Shown one piece after another: positions 39,263 to 48,381 of a stretch of 64,000 nucleotides of DNA. Location of the stretch: the IMG/VR virus record IMGVR_UViG_641201006_000001, positions 128,001-192,000 of that record; one strand, written 5' to 3'. Position numbers and translations under genes: made by a program. The stretch is from a virus. Its lineage: Duplodnaviria > Caudoviricetes. The notes beneath the pieces were generated by a model. The model searched no databases. It was not told the origin of the DNA and saw only the letters and a list, made by a program, of their open reading frames with translations. Positions within the stretch are counted from its first letter, which is position 1. Every line of letters starts with the position of its first letter.

Positions 39263-40385
39263 CGCTTACACCGTCCCTTTCAGGATACTTTAACACTGCT
39301 TCCGCAGTCGGGCTAGACTATACCATTGTCTCTAGTGAGACACCCTTTGGTAGTCGTTGAGGGCTACTAATGTATCCCTGCTGATCGTCCATTGTTACGA
39401 TGACGCTGAGTTGTATCTTCGTCATCATCCTTCTACTTGTTTCTGCTCTCGCTCCATATAGGCAAGAAGGCTTTAGGATGTTCCAGCATATTCAGGGTAC
39501 GCACGGCACATCACTGAACCGTGGGACTATACTTTTAAGTAGCGTTGATACTTTCGAAATAAATATATATTAGCGCCATTGTAGATATAGCGACCAAACT
39601 TTCTTACATCATCTTTTGCCATAAACTCAAGTGAGTAACTGTTCTTCGTGTCAGTATGTCGCTTGTGCAATGTAGGCTTGTGGTCTATGTGTTCAGCAAG
39701 AGTCGTTAAGAACTCTCGTGTACCCATTATCTTTACTGCGTATGTATCATCTCTCTTACCGGAGTATGAGAATGAACCATCGCCATCAAAGTAACCACGA
39801 ATGAAATGATGTACTAAATGTTTCGGTACAATATCTTCGCTAGGAAACTTGAGAATCAGTGACTTGTTTTCGAATACACCCTTCTCAACTAAGTGAGTGT
39901 ACATCGTCTTACTAGTGAATCTAAATCGGCAATACTTTGTACCTACGCCATAAGAGTTACCTTCGTATTCTCCTATTGGATGCGTAGCCCGCAAAGCCTC
40001 TTTAAATCGTGATAGGTGACCTTTATCTTTTATGCCTAATGCAATTCCTACATTGTAATCGTTACGTGTATTGGACACATAACCATCGGCATACATAAAG
40101 CCTAACCAGTAAGCCTTCTCTTGAGTGTCGATTGTTTCGAAAAATGATTCATCAAGTGTGTACTTTCTGCTATTATCTCTTGGAGATCGCATTAGTCCAC
40201 GTTCTTTCAGGGTGCGTTGTAGTTTATTTCTACCGCATCCTGTTGCCTTCCAAGCGTCTAGCAAGGGCATACCATTCTTATAAAATTCGATAGCTTTTTC
40301 TAACTTATCCATGTTATAACCTCCTAATAGGGAAATCAACGTCTATAAATAGACTAACATGGAATTACGCTACGTTCAAGTAATA
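39263..40385 (-). mobile_element. Group I intron in dnaE (1123 nt)
   Basis: Splits the catalytic PPD|IDVDF motif. Exon ends in U and intron ends in G. P element AATATGCTGGAA, Q element ATCAGCAGG, R element CAACGACTA (39351-39359) and S element AATGGTATAGTC (39316-39327). P1 3' strand AAGTATAGTC at 39525-39534. Confidence 0.93.
39527..40312 (-). CDS. Intron-encoded double-motif LAGLIDADG homing endonuclease
   Basis: AYWLGFMYADG and HFIRGYFDGDG; N-terminal HTH-like segment; AGGAGG before MDKLEK. Confidence 0.92.
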   Translation of the reverse strand: MDKLEKAIEFYKNGMPLLDAWKATGCGRNKLQRTLKERGLMRSPRDNSRKYTLDESFFETIDTQEKAYWLGFMYADGYVSNTRNDYNVGIALGIKDKGHLSRFKEALRATHPIGEYEGNSYGVGTKYCRFRFTSKTMYTHLVEKGVFENKSLILKFPSEDIVPKHLVHHFIRGYFDGDGSFSYSGKRDDTYAVKIMGTREFLTTLAEHIDHKPTLHKRHTDTKNSYSLEFMAKDDVRKFGRYIYNGANIYLFRKYQRYLKV

Positions 40386-41888
40386 ATCGGGCGGACTATC
40401 ACGGTATGGTGATAAGAAACGCTCAAACATTAAACCATATTGTATCGGGTCAAGACGAGTAATGTCCAACAAGAACGCCATCATACTTCCGGCTGCGGAA
40501 CCTCGACCGGGGCCTACTAGGAACTCCGGATAAAAGGCATACTTCGCATTCGGTTTCGATACGACTTTTCGTTTGACTTTCTTCTTCTTGCCTGTCTGCT
40601 TATCCTTTACTACTTTCACAACAACTTCATGTACTTCTGCTTCAATCCATTCTTTATTCTGCGGATAGGATAACCACTTATTACGGTCGGAAGCCCAAAG
40701 TAAAATATCCCATAGCAGTAAGAAGTATGAAGGGTACTTTTTCATTGTTACGATACGTAGTTCATGTTCTACACGTTCGATATATTCTTTTACGTTAATC
40801 TTGTAGCCATTTACTTCTACAAACTCCACGTAGCCGATTAAGTTATCGAATAGTAGTTTCTTGAGATAAGATGCATCAGTATGACCATCAGGACAATACG
40901 GGAACTCAGGCATCAAGTCCTTATTGAGTTCAATATCTACATTACAATTGTCGGCAATCCAACAAGTATTCTCGATGGCGCTGTGAGGTACATTATTTTC
41001 ATCAGCCCATTGATACACTTCATCTGCACTTGCTAGATGATACGTGTTTGTTCCGGAGTACGGTGCGCAATCATATACGCTTTGCTTACGACTAATCGCA
41101 ACCAGTGCATGGTGAGCGTCTTTATCGTCCGGCTTTACATAGTGTACATCTTTTGCATACACTAATGGAACCCCTGTGTCATTGGAAATTCTTATCAATG
41201 CTTCGTTTACAATTTCTTGCTCACGGGATCCGTTATCTTGTATCTCTAAGAAATAGCGATAGAAAAGATTATTACGACGCAGTATCTCTTGTTTTGCCTC
41301 CTCTTCCTTACCTTCTAAGATAAGCTGGGACGTTTCACTCGCAAGACATCCTGTTGTCGCAATGATGTTCTTACCTAGCCCGTTACTTTCGATATAGTTC
41401 ATATCGGTACGAGGCAATGGTTTTGGTGCATAATACACATACTGGTTCGCATCTGAAATAAGGTGCTGTAAATCAGCCCATCCTTGATTGTTTACTGGAA
41501 TCATTGTAATGTGACGAGATGCGTTCCAGTTTCCTCTTGCGCAATCTGCTTTACTAATAACAGTTCTATCTTTTGCTTCGTACATTTCACATGCAGGAAT
41601 AAACTTAATCCCCTCTTCCTCACATGCTTTCTTGAACTGAATAACGCCACTGATATTACCGTGGTCAGTTAAGATAATCGTATCAATGCCAAGTTGTTTC
41701 GCACGCTTCGCTGTCTCTTTCGGTTTACACATTGCATCGGCAATCGAGAAGATACTATGCATATGAATGTGAACGATACGACGTGGCTTCTTGTTAGATT
41801 TGACTGCATCTAAGTCGTCCGAGAAATCGAATATTTCATCGTCGCTTACTACGTTTAGTTTTTTCTTTCTCTTTGTTTTTGTTACCAT
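40386..41888 (-). CDS. dnaE: DNA polymerase III alpha subunit (DnaE), exon 1 (PHP domain and palm start)
   Basis: HIHMHS, TDHGN, GCLASE, KDVHY, GPGRGSAAGS, FERFLSPYRDSPPD. Confidence 0.95.
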
Positions 41889-42345
41889 GATTCGTCCAAC
41901 CTCCCTCTGCTTTGCTCCACCATAATACCATATAAGTGAGTCCTGCATAGAGGCTCAAGAAATAATGCTCATATGTTCGGTGACCTTTCTGTTCATTACA
42001 TGTACGGCAACAACATGCTAAATTCTTTGTTAAAATCGAGCCACCTAATCGTTTGGGTCTAACATGATCGACAGTTAACTCTGGATGATCCTTATGCATT
42101 TGTGTACCGCATAAGTAACACGTATAGTTATCACGTTCAAATGCTTCCTGCTTAAATACAGCTTCATCTTCATAGTGATACAATACTTGAATAGTAGTAG
42201 GGTCTAACCAAATGGATTTATCCGACTGAACAGAATGAGCCGCCCTGCTAGGCGTTGTGTACCCAGCAGGATTGCCATTCTTATTTAAAACACGGATACG
42301 TTTAGAACTCGTCGTCGTCCGAGATTGGTTCTTTTTCTTCTTCAT
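41836..42345 (-). CDS. HNH endonuclease with N-terminal PLMP/RRXRR-like domain (IshB-like architecture)
   Basis: RVLNKNGNPAGYTTPSRA...TTIQVLY followed by FERDNYTCYLCG...TVDHVRPKRLGG...NLACCCRTCNEQKG. No RuvC motifs. Confidence 0.78.
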   Translation of the reverse strand: MKKKKNQSRTTTSSKRIRVLNKNGNPAGYTTPSRAAHSVQSDKSIWLDPTTIQVLYHYEDEAVFKQEAFERDNYTCYLCGTQMHKDHPELTVDHVRPKRLGGSILTKNLACCCRTCNEQKGHRTYEHYFLSLYAGLTYMVLWWSKAEGGWTNHGNKNKEKEKTKRSKRR

Positions 42346-42988
42346 CTTCGTCCTCATCGTCCCAAGCTACCCATTCATCTTCCTCTTCCTCGGCTGCTGA
42401 CGCAACTTCTTCCTCTGCTAATTCAATCGCAATTGGAGGATTATGAAGACTCGTCGGATTCTCTCTAAACTTCTTGTCTTCCATTTCAATTTGGTCAGGA
42501 GATGGTAACTCACCTTTTAGTTCACTAATCTTCCATGAACCATACGTAAGAGTTGGCGTAACCGCACAATCCACTACGCTCACAAGATGAGATGCTTTCT
42601 TTAATTGTCCTACTACATATTCGTATTCTTCCTTCGTAACTCGTGCAACTACGTGTCTTGTATCAGGCATCGTAATCCAGTATATCGTTTGCATGATAAC
42701 TGGGTTTGCACTATGGATATTATCAACATACATTGTTTTTGATGTCGCTGTAATATCCGCAATATCTACCTTGATAACTTCTGTTTCGGATACTTCTTTG
42801 CAGACAATCTTACGATTTCGTGCATTTTCAGGTAGATCAGCAGTCGTATCCTTAATTGGTAATTTCTTTTTCACGTCGGCAGTAGGCTTCGGCTTTGCTT
42901 TCTTGCGTTTAGCCTCTTCTTCCTCGATAATTTCTACTACGTCCACCGACTTGTCTTTTGCGGCCTTGACCTTCTTCTTCGTTCCCAT
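42302..42988 (-). CDS. Hypothetical protein with basic N-terminus and acidic tail
   Basis: 228 aa; GGAGG RBS; ends EPISDDDEF. Confidence 0.7.
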   Translation of the reverse strand: MGTKKKVKAAKDKSVDVVEIIEEEEAKRKKAKPKPTADVKKKLPIKDTTADLPENARNRKIVCKEVSETEVIKVDIADITATSKTMYVDNIHSANPVIMQTIYWITMPDTRHVVARVTKEEYEYVVGQLKKASHLVSVVDCAVTPTLTYGSWKISELKGELPSPDQIEMEDKKFRENPTSLHNPPIAIELAEEEVASAAEEEEDEWVAWDDEDEDEEEKEPISDDDEF

Positions 42989-43089
42989 CTCGATTCCTCC
43001 CTACATAATGCTTCCTAACTTCTTGTCTCGCAATTTCTCCTGCAACCACCCGCAGAACTGTTTGTACTAATGCTTTTAACAATTTGTCA

Positions 43090-44175
43090 TCACCCTGTCG
43101 CCAAAATACAAGTGTGAGCCACACTGCTTTCCGGTCGAAGTGTAAGTGGTTGTTTATCACGAACACCAACTGTAATCATATCAGAATCAATATGTTTTAC
43201 AACATCAATTATTCGTTTCACGCTGACACTAACCTCAGTTGCTTCACCTTGTAGCTTGGTCATTATGAACTCGGAGAAATTACCCTCCTGTGAATTTCCT
43301 GTTAGCGTTACTTTTCCCTTTTCAAACTGTAATATACCACTACCATCAATCATGATAGAGGCACGGTCAAGTAAGCCCAACAGTTCGTCTCTGTCCGCTA
43401 GGAACTGTAAATCAAACTCTTTACCGGGTAAGACGTTATCTGTGTTCGGGAAGTTACCCGCAAGTGTTGGAAGATGATACGTCGCAAGTCCAGTCTTCAC
43501 AATAAAATGATTGTTTTCACATGCTTGCATCGTTACCTTCTCATCATCTGCTACTACCTTCGCACAATTGACGAGCGACTTCTTACCCAGCACCACATTA
43601 AATGGGTCTGACTTAATCTTTCGCTTGTAATTCGCAATCGTAAAGCCGTCTGTACTAGTCAATTTCAGAAGATTACCATCTGATACAAACTGTATGCCCT
43701 GTAAGATAGGACGACTTGCTTCACGGCTAGAATCTGCCGCAAATGCTACGTTATTAATCAGCTTCTTAAACACTAGACCTGACATATCAAATGAGAACTT
43801 CGATTGTAGCTTCGGTGTTTTCGGGAAGCTCTCTTCTTGATACGAAATAAACGTCTGCTGTCCTTTCGCTGGCTTCGTCTTGAGTTGCAGGCCACCGCCT
43901 TTGCTAATGGCAAACATGACAGTCTGTACGTCTAGCTTCGATACGTATGCAATGAACTTCTTCGCTTTCACTACAAATTTACCAGTTTCTTTTACACCAG
44001 CAGGAACCCATACTTCGGTTGTGTTACTGCCGTCTGTCGTTGTTAGCTTAATACGGTTGGTTTTCTTACTGGCATAAATCTTAATACCTTCATGCCCTTG
44101 TGTCTCTGTACCAATGGTATCTTTGACAACCTGCAATCCTTTCTTTAGTTCGTCGAGTGCCACGTCAACTTTCAT
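43090..44175 (-). CDS. dnaN: DNA polymerase III beta sliding clamp
   Basis: 361 aa; SRPILQGI, STDGFTIA and GNFPNT motifs; lies near dnaE. Confidence 0.85.
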   Translation of the reverse strand: MKVDVALDELKKGLQVVKDTIGTETQGHEGIKIYASKKTNRIKLTTTDGSNTTEVWVPAGVKETGKFVVKAKKFIAYVSKLDVQTVMFAISKGGGLQLKTKPAKGQQTFISYQEESFPKTPKLQSKFSFDMSGLVFKKLINNVAFAADSSREASRPILQGIQFVSDGNLLKLTSTDGFTIANYKRKIKSDPFNVVLGKKSLVNCAKVVADDEKVTMQACENNHFIVKTGLATYHLPTLAGNFPNTDNVLPGKEFDLQFLADRDELLGLLDRASIMIDGSGILQFEKGKVTLTGNSQEGNFSEFIMTKLQGEATEVSVSVKRIIDVVKHIDSDMITVGVRDKQPLTLRPESSVAHTCILATG

Positions 44176-44197
44176 CGTAAAACCTCCTTAAACATGC

Positions 44198-44221
44198 AAA
44201 AAAGCCCGTGCGAGCGGGCTT
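44198..44221 (-). terminator. Terminator with CGCTCGCACG apex (variant copy of the hairpin family)
   Basis: AAGCC-CGCTCGCACG-GGCTT followed by TTTT. Confidence 0.75.
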
Positions 44222-44225
44222 CATC

Positions 44226-44723
44226 TTATTTATTCAACATTGCTTTTAATTCAGGGTCAGCATACGGTTTACCCCATGCAGCTAACATGATCTTTGCTTC
44301 TTCTGCGTATTCAACAGGAAAACGACCGCTTACTTTCGTAATGTCACGCTGTAATCGAGAGTCATTATGTTTCTTCTTCTCGAATCCCGGTGGTGGCGTA
44401 ATCGTATTATAATCGACATGTAATTTCTCATGGTCGATACGTAGCGTAAGAAGTCTTGTTTCTCCCGATGGAGCTTTATTTAAACGCTTTGCGACAGCTT
44501 CGCATACTGTATGGAATCTACTTAATTCATGTACAATTGCATCTTTGTCTTTTGCGTTATCATACTTCCCTTTTATCTGTACGCCTTTCACATTCACAAT
44601 GACTTCAAGGTTATCAGATAAAGGGAACGACTTAATAGCTTCATCGTATACTTCTTCTTTTACACGGAACCCATAGGCTCCACGAATACTATTTTGTGAT
44701 GACTGCGATAATGTCTCGTTCAT
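44226..44723 (-). CDS. Hypothetical protein
   Basis: 165 aa ORF. Confidence 0.6.
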   Translation of the reverse strand: MNETLSQSSQNSIRGAYGFRVKEEVYDEAIKSFPLSDNLEVIVNVKGVQIKGKYDNAKDKDAIVHELSRFHTVCEAVAKRLNKAPSGETRLLTLRIDHEKLHVDYNTITPPPGFEKKKHNDSRLQRDITKVSGRFPVEYAEEAKIMLAAWGKPYADPELKAMLNK

Positions 44724-45003
44724 TGATTACCAAGAACTCCTCTCCATCTAAGCTAACTGGTACACCAGCCATGCGAGAGTAAATAACACGTTGTCCCGGT
44801 TCTACATCCATTGGGATACGTCCGCCGTCAGGTTTACGTTGACCGTCACCAATGGCAACAACAACACCTTCGAATTTTGGATCTTTATCACCTGTTGGTA
44901 AGATAATACCACTTGCTGTTGTATCAGATTCTTTTTCTAGCTTGATTACTGCTCTAGCTCCTAATACTTGAATGCCTTCATATCCATCTAAAAACTTTGC
45001 CAT
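44689..45003 (-). CDS. groES: Co-chaperonin GroES
   Basis: TTASGIILP mobile loop, GVVVAIGDG, PMDVEPGQRV, ERDIIAV. Confidence 0.93.
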   Translation of the reverse strand: MAKFLDGYEGIQVLGARAVIKLEKESDTTASGIILPTGDKDPKFEGVVVAIGDGQRKPDGGRIPMDVEPGQRVIYSRMAGVPVSLDGEEFLVINERDIIAVITK

Positions 45004-45015
45004 TTCCTATTCCTC

Positions 45016-45462
45016 CTACTTGACTGCATGTGCTTTAATTGTTGATTTTGCTGCGATAAGAGACTTTTCCCAGTTCTCTCCTCGCAACATCTCATCTAAG
45101 TATACATAAAGAGCCGCATTCTTTCCAGCTTCGTCTAAGTCATACTTGTCATCGTCAATCGTGCGGAACACATGGCGTACTTCTTTTAACTTGTTTTGTC
45201 CTGCCGAAATGTTTCCGATTTTCATGCCGAAACTATTCAAGAACTTCTCGAACGTAGCTGGCTCCATTTCTTGGCTGAATGCTTGTTGGTAAGAGCCGTT
45301 TTCTCCCAAGTATTCAACCGTAGCAATGATTTCATACGGCTCTTCTTTTGTGCGCGCGCCTGTTACAAAAGCAATACGTTCATCTAATAAATACGCTGCT
45401 CCTGCAAAATATAATGTATGTTTTGTTCCGATTAATTCACTACGTTGTGATGCAAATAACAT
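45016..45462 (-). CDS. Hypothetical protein
   Basis: 148 aa ORF with GGAGG RBS. Confidence 0.65.
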   Translation of the reverse strand: MLFASQRSELIGTKHTLYFAGAAYLLDERIAFVTGARTKEEPYEIIATVEYLGENGSYQQAFSQEMEPATFEKFLNSFGMKIGNISAGQNKLKEVRHVFRTIDDDKYDLDEAGKNAALYVYLDEMLRGENWEKSLIAAKSTIKAHAVK

Positions 45463-45481
45463 ATCACATGCCCTCCCTATA

Positions 45482-46105
45482 TTACGCTAACATATCTGCG
45501 ATTGGTTTGATGCTTCCCCATAAGTCATTCGTTCTTGCCTTGAACTCTTCTGTATCTAAGAAGTTACGTGGATGATAAACAGGAATGACAGGAATGCTTT
45601 TATTCCCTAAATCAAAATCAAACTCTTCACCGATTGCTGTATCTATTTTAATTGGTTGTTGTGCTAATGCTGATATAGCTGTCGTACCTAATGCAATGAT
45701 AACCGTTGGCTTCGTTACCACTATTTCATTATGCAGATACTTATACCAGTCTTTAATCAAACTCATATTAACCGCTTCTACTGGTTCTTTAAATACTTGT
45801 GTCCAGTATACATCGCTAATCTTAATCCCGACACGATCTAACAGGTTCATTAAGTAGAAACCATACATGCCAAATCCACTAAAGCCGAAAATCTCTTCTG
45901 ACTGTTCCGGTTTGTCGCTCACAATCATTACTTCCGGTGTCATTGTTCCACTTGAGATTACTGTGCCTTGACGTGGTAAATACTGATGCATTAACCCTAT
46001 TGACTCGTAATGAAGAAACATCTCCCGTGAGACACGGGAGACATCTGATTCCTTCATTCCTTGTTCAACAAGAGACTGTATGACTCTATGCTGCGTCATA
46101 GACAT
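45482..46105 (-). CDS. Uracil-DNA glycosylase family-4-like protein with divergent motifs
   Basis: EVMIVSDKP, DVYWTQVFK, EIVVTKPTVIIALGTTA, PVYHP. Confidence 0.72.
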   Translation of the reverse strand: MSMTQHRVIQSLVEQGMKESDVSRVSREMFLHYESIGLMHQYLPRQGTVISSGTMTPEVMIVSDKPEQSEEIFGFSGFGMYGFYLMNLLDRVGIKISDVYWTQVFKEPVEAVNMSLIKDWYKYLHNEIVVTKPTVIIALGTTAISALAQQPIKIDTAIGEEFDFDLGNKSIPVIPVYHPRNFLDTEEFKARTNDLWGSIKPIADMLA

Positions 46106-47163
46106 TACTTACCGAATAAAGTCTTTTTAATGTGAGCTTTTACTTCGACAACTTTAACTTTACCGTTTTTCGCTTTCGGTGGTTTGATACCGTGTTTCTT
46201 CATGATAGCTTGGATTTCCGCTTTTGTTTCAAGAGCGTCGATGTCCTCAGGAGTTAACTCATCTTCTTCGTCTTCCTCATCATCATCGTAGTCCTCTTCA
46301 TCATCTTCTTCTTCGTCATCCTCTTCCTCATCGTCAGACTCGTCTTCGTCCTCATCTTCTTCCTCTTCCTCGTCGTCCTCTTCTTCTTCATCGTCATCTT
46401 CTGCATCTTCTTCGTAGCCTTCTTCTTCATCCTCTACGTCTTCTACAGAATCGTTTTCGATTTCAGCATCGTCTTCTTCCTCTTCGTCGCCCGGTAATGC
46501 GAATCCAAGATATTCAGCTAATGCTTCTGCTAATTCATCCAGTTTAGAACGAGAGTTGATACCTTCAAGAGCTAGAGGTTTTGCGAATGCCCAAAGTTTC
46601 TTTGTACCTAATTTACGTAACTCTTCATAGTTTGTTACGCCTTCTGGTGCTTCCACTGTATCTTCCTCTTCTTCATCATCGTCGCCGTCTACATCTTCGA
46701 ACTCATCTTCGTCTTCCTCGTCCTCTTCAACTTCCTCGACAGGCTCTTGTTTTGCTTTCTTTTTCTTTTTAGCTGGCTTTTCTTCTACTTCTTCCTCGTC
46801 GTCATCAGCAGCTAAATCTTCGTTCTCTTCTGCTGGTGCTACTTTGCCTGCTGCAAGTTCTTGTAAGTAAGTTGTTAATGCCACTAATTCTTCTTGCGTT
46901 AATTTCGTTGGATCTTTACCTACTAATGCTTTCGCATCAATACCGCCTTGTAATGATTCTAACTTCACTGTTTTACCGGCACTTGCATGTTTAATTTTGC
47001 TTGATACTTTTACTGTTTCGCCAACGATTTCACCGATTTCTTCACCAGCTTTTGTTGTTGCGATGAACTTGTCACCCTTTTTAATAATATGGAATGCATC
47101 CTTTGCAATTGCTACGATACCTGCGAATACTGTTGCACCTGATTTACTTTTTAATTGAGTCAT
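46105..47163 (-). CDS. Highly acidic low-complexity protein with two small helical domains
   Basis: Long D/E tracts flanking ELRKLGTKKLWAFAK...KLDELAEAL and KAEIQAIMKKHGI, which look Rho-N/HeH-like. Confidence 0.72.
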   Translation of the reverse strand: MTQLKSKSGATVFAGIVAIAKDAFHIIKKGDKFIATTKAGEEIGEIVGETVKVSSKIKHASAGKTVKLESLQGGIDAKALVGKDPTKLTQEELVALTTYLQELAAGKVAPAEENEDLAADDDEEEVEEKPAKKKKKAKQEPVEEVEEDEEDEDEFEDVDGDDDEEEEDTVEAPEGVTNYEELRKLGTKKLWAFAKPLALEGINSRSKLDELAEALAEYLGFALPGDEEEEDDAEIENDSVEDVEDEEEGYEEDAEDDDEEEEDDEEEEEDEDEDESDDEEEDDEEEDDEEDYDDDEEDEEDELTPEDIDALETKAEIQAIMKKHGIKPPKAKNGKVKVVEVKAHIKKTLFGK

Positions 47164-47389
47164 TTTGACTTCCTCCTCGATTTTGGTTTAATACTTTTTG
47201 ATATTCACTTGCCATCTCGTCACTGCCATAGAAAGGAGTTTGGCACTCCTCTCCCGTGACGACTTCCTCTTTACTGCCACGTATCAATCTTATTAAATCT
47301 TTTACTATGTCTATCGTCCACTCGAATACGAGTATCAAGACGACAGATAAGACGAACGCTACAATTATTGCAATCACGTCTGCTATCAA
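47144..47389 (-). CDS. Small membrane protein
   Basis: N-terminal TM helix; GGAGG RBS with TTG start. Confidence 0.65.
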   Translation of the reverse strand: MIADVIAIIVAFVLSVVLILVFEWTIDIVKDLIRLIRGSKEEVVTGEECQTPFYGSDEMASEYQKVLNQNRGGSQNDSIKK

Positions 47390-47401
47390 GAGGAAAACCT
47401 C

Positions 47402-48358
47402 CTATGATTCAAGCGACGACTCCGTGTTCTTCATTAACTTCATTGCATCAGCTAATTGATTCGATAGAACCACCAGCTTCTTATCAAGTATATCTTCATA
47501 CTCGGATGCTCTGTCTTGTAAATCCACCACACGTTTTGCATATCGCTGAACAGTTTTGACACTGGCTGTGCCTTTGCCAAGTAAGTCTGCAAAGTCGGCA
47601 AGCAATTGATTTGCTTCCTCTGACATTTGTGACTCAACCTGACGTTGTACCATATCACGTTGATCGCTCGTATCAATCATTGGAATAACTTCCATAATCG
47701 ACTTCGACGTTCCCGTATGGTAATCCTCTAAGTCATCAATCACGCCACGTAGGTTCTCTAACGTGTTACGTTGATTACGAGGAATGAATGTAGCCCTACC
47801 ATTCGGCATGATGCTTACATGGTTCATGTCATTTACGACACGACGTACAAGATTGTTTACAGTATCCTTAGTATGGAACTGCATCCATTCATTATACAAA
47901 GCTTGTGTATCAGACAGCAATACATCATACGGGTATTCTGTTAAGAAACTTGAATCCCAACTAATGTCCATTGTGCCTGTTTTCTTTTGAAGAATGAATT
48001 TCCCCACTGTAGCATAGCCCAGTTGCTCATTCTTCTTATCCACTAGCTCTCGTACCAAGTGACGAATCACCATATTGCCATCGGACTTCACTTCACGAAC
48101 CATCAGTCGTGCTTCGCTCGGTTTTCCTCCGAAGTCTATTGTCACCGTTGACGTTGCTTTTGCAGTCGCCCGGCGGTAAGCATCATGAGCCTTAATTTCC
48201 TGAGGCATGAACTTCGGGTCTAAGCTATTTCTAGCAAAGATTTGCCCTAAGTCATCCTTATGGATACGAAGGTCTGAAATGGTATGGAACTCTAAGAACC
48301 CTAATAATTCGGAAGTTTGCAAGTCTGCATTACTTCTTACTGCTGCTACGTTTGCCAT
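47402..48358 (-). CDS. Conserved hypothetical protein (possibly DUF3150/DUF6744-like)
   Basis: 318 aa; DAYRRAT and GRATFIP patterns recalled from proteins that accompany MoxR-VWA modules (unverified). Confidence 0.5.
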   Translation of the reverse strand: MANVAAVRSNADLQTSELLGFLEFHTISDLRIHKDDLGQIFARNSLDPKFMPQEIKAHDAYRRATAKATSTVTIDFGGKPSEARLMVREVKSDGNMVIRHLVRELVDKKNEQLGYATVGKFILQKKTGTMDISWDSSFLTEYPYDVLLSDTQALYNEWMQFHTKDTVNNLVRRVVNDMNHVSIMPNGRATFIPRNQRNTLENLRGVIDDLEDYHTGTSKSIMEVIPMIDTSDQRDMVQRQVESQMSEEANQLLADFADLLGKGTASVKTVQRYAKRVVDLQDRASEYEDILDKKLVVLSNQLADAMKLMKNTESSLES

Positions 48359-48381
48359 AACTGTTTCCCCTCTCCTAGTAG

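Noticed and set aside
36719-41888. Intein or split-intein explanation for the broken dnaE and recA
   Set aside because: No C/S...HN-C intein termini. Nucleotide-level group I signals (U at the 5' site, terminal G, P7, P1/IGS) restore the motifs exactly.
46230-46490. Trinucleotide-like TCT/TCA/TCG repeats resembling a tandem array or CRISPR
   Set aside because: They are Asp/Glu codon runs within a CDS. No fixed repeat-spacer periodicity or cas genes are visible in the window.
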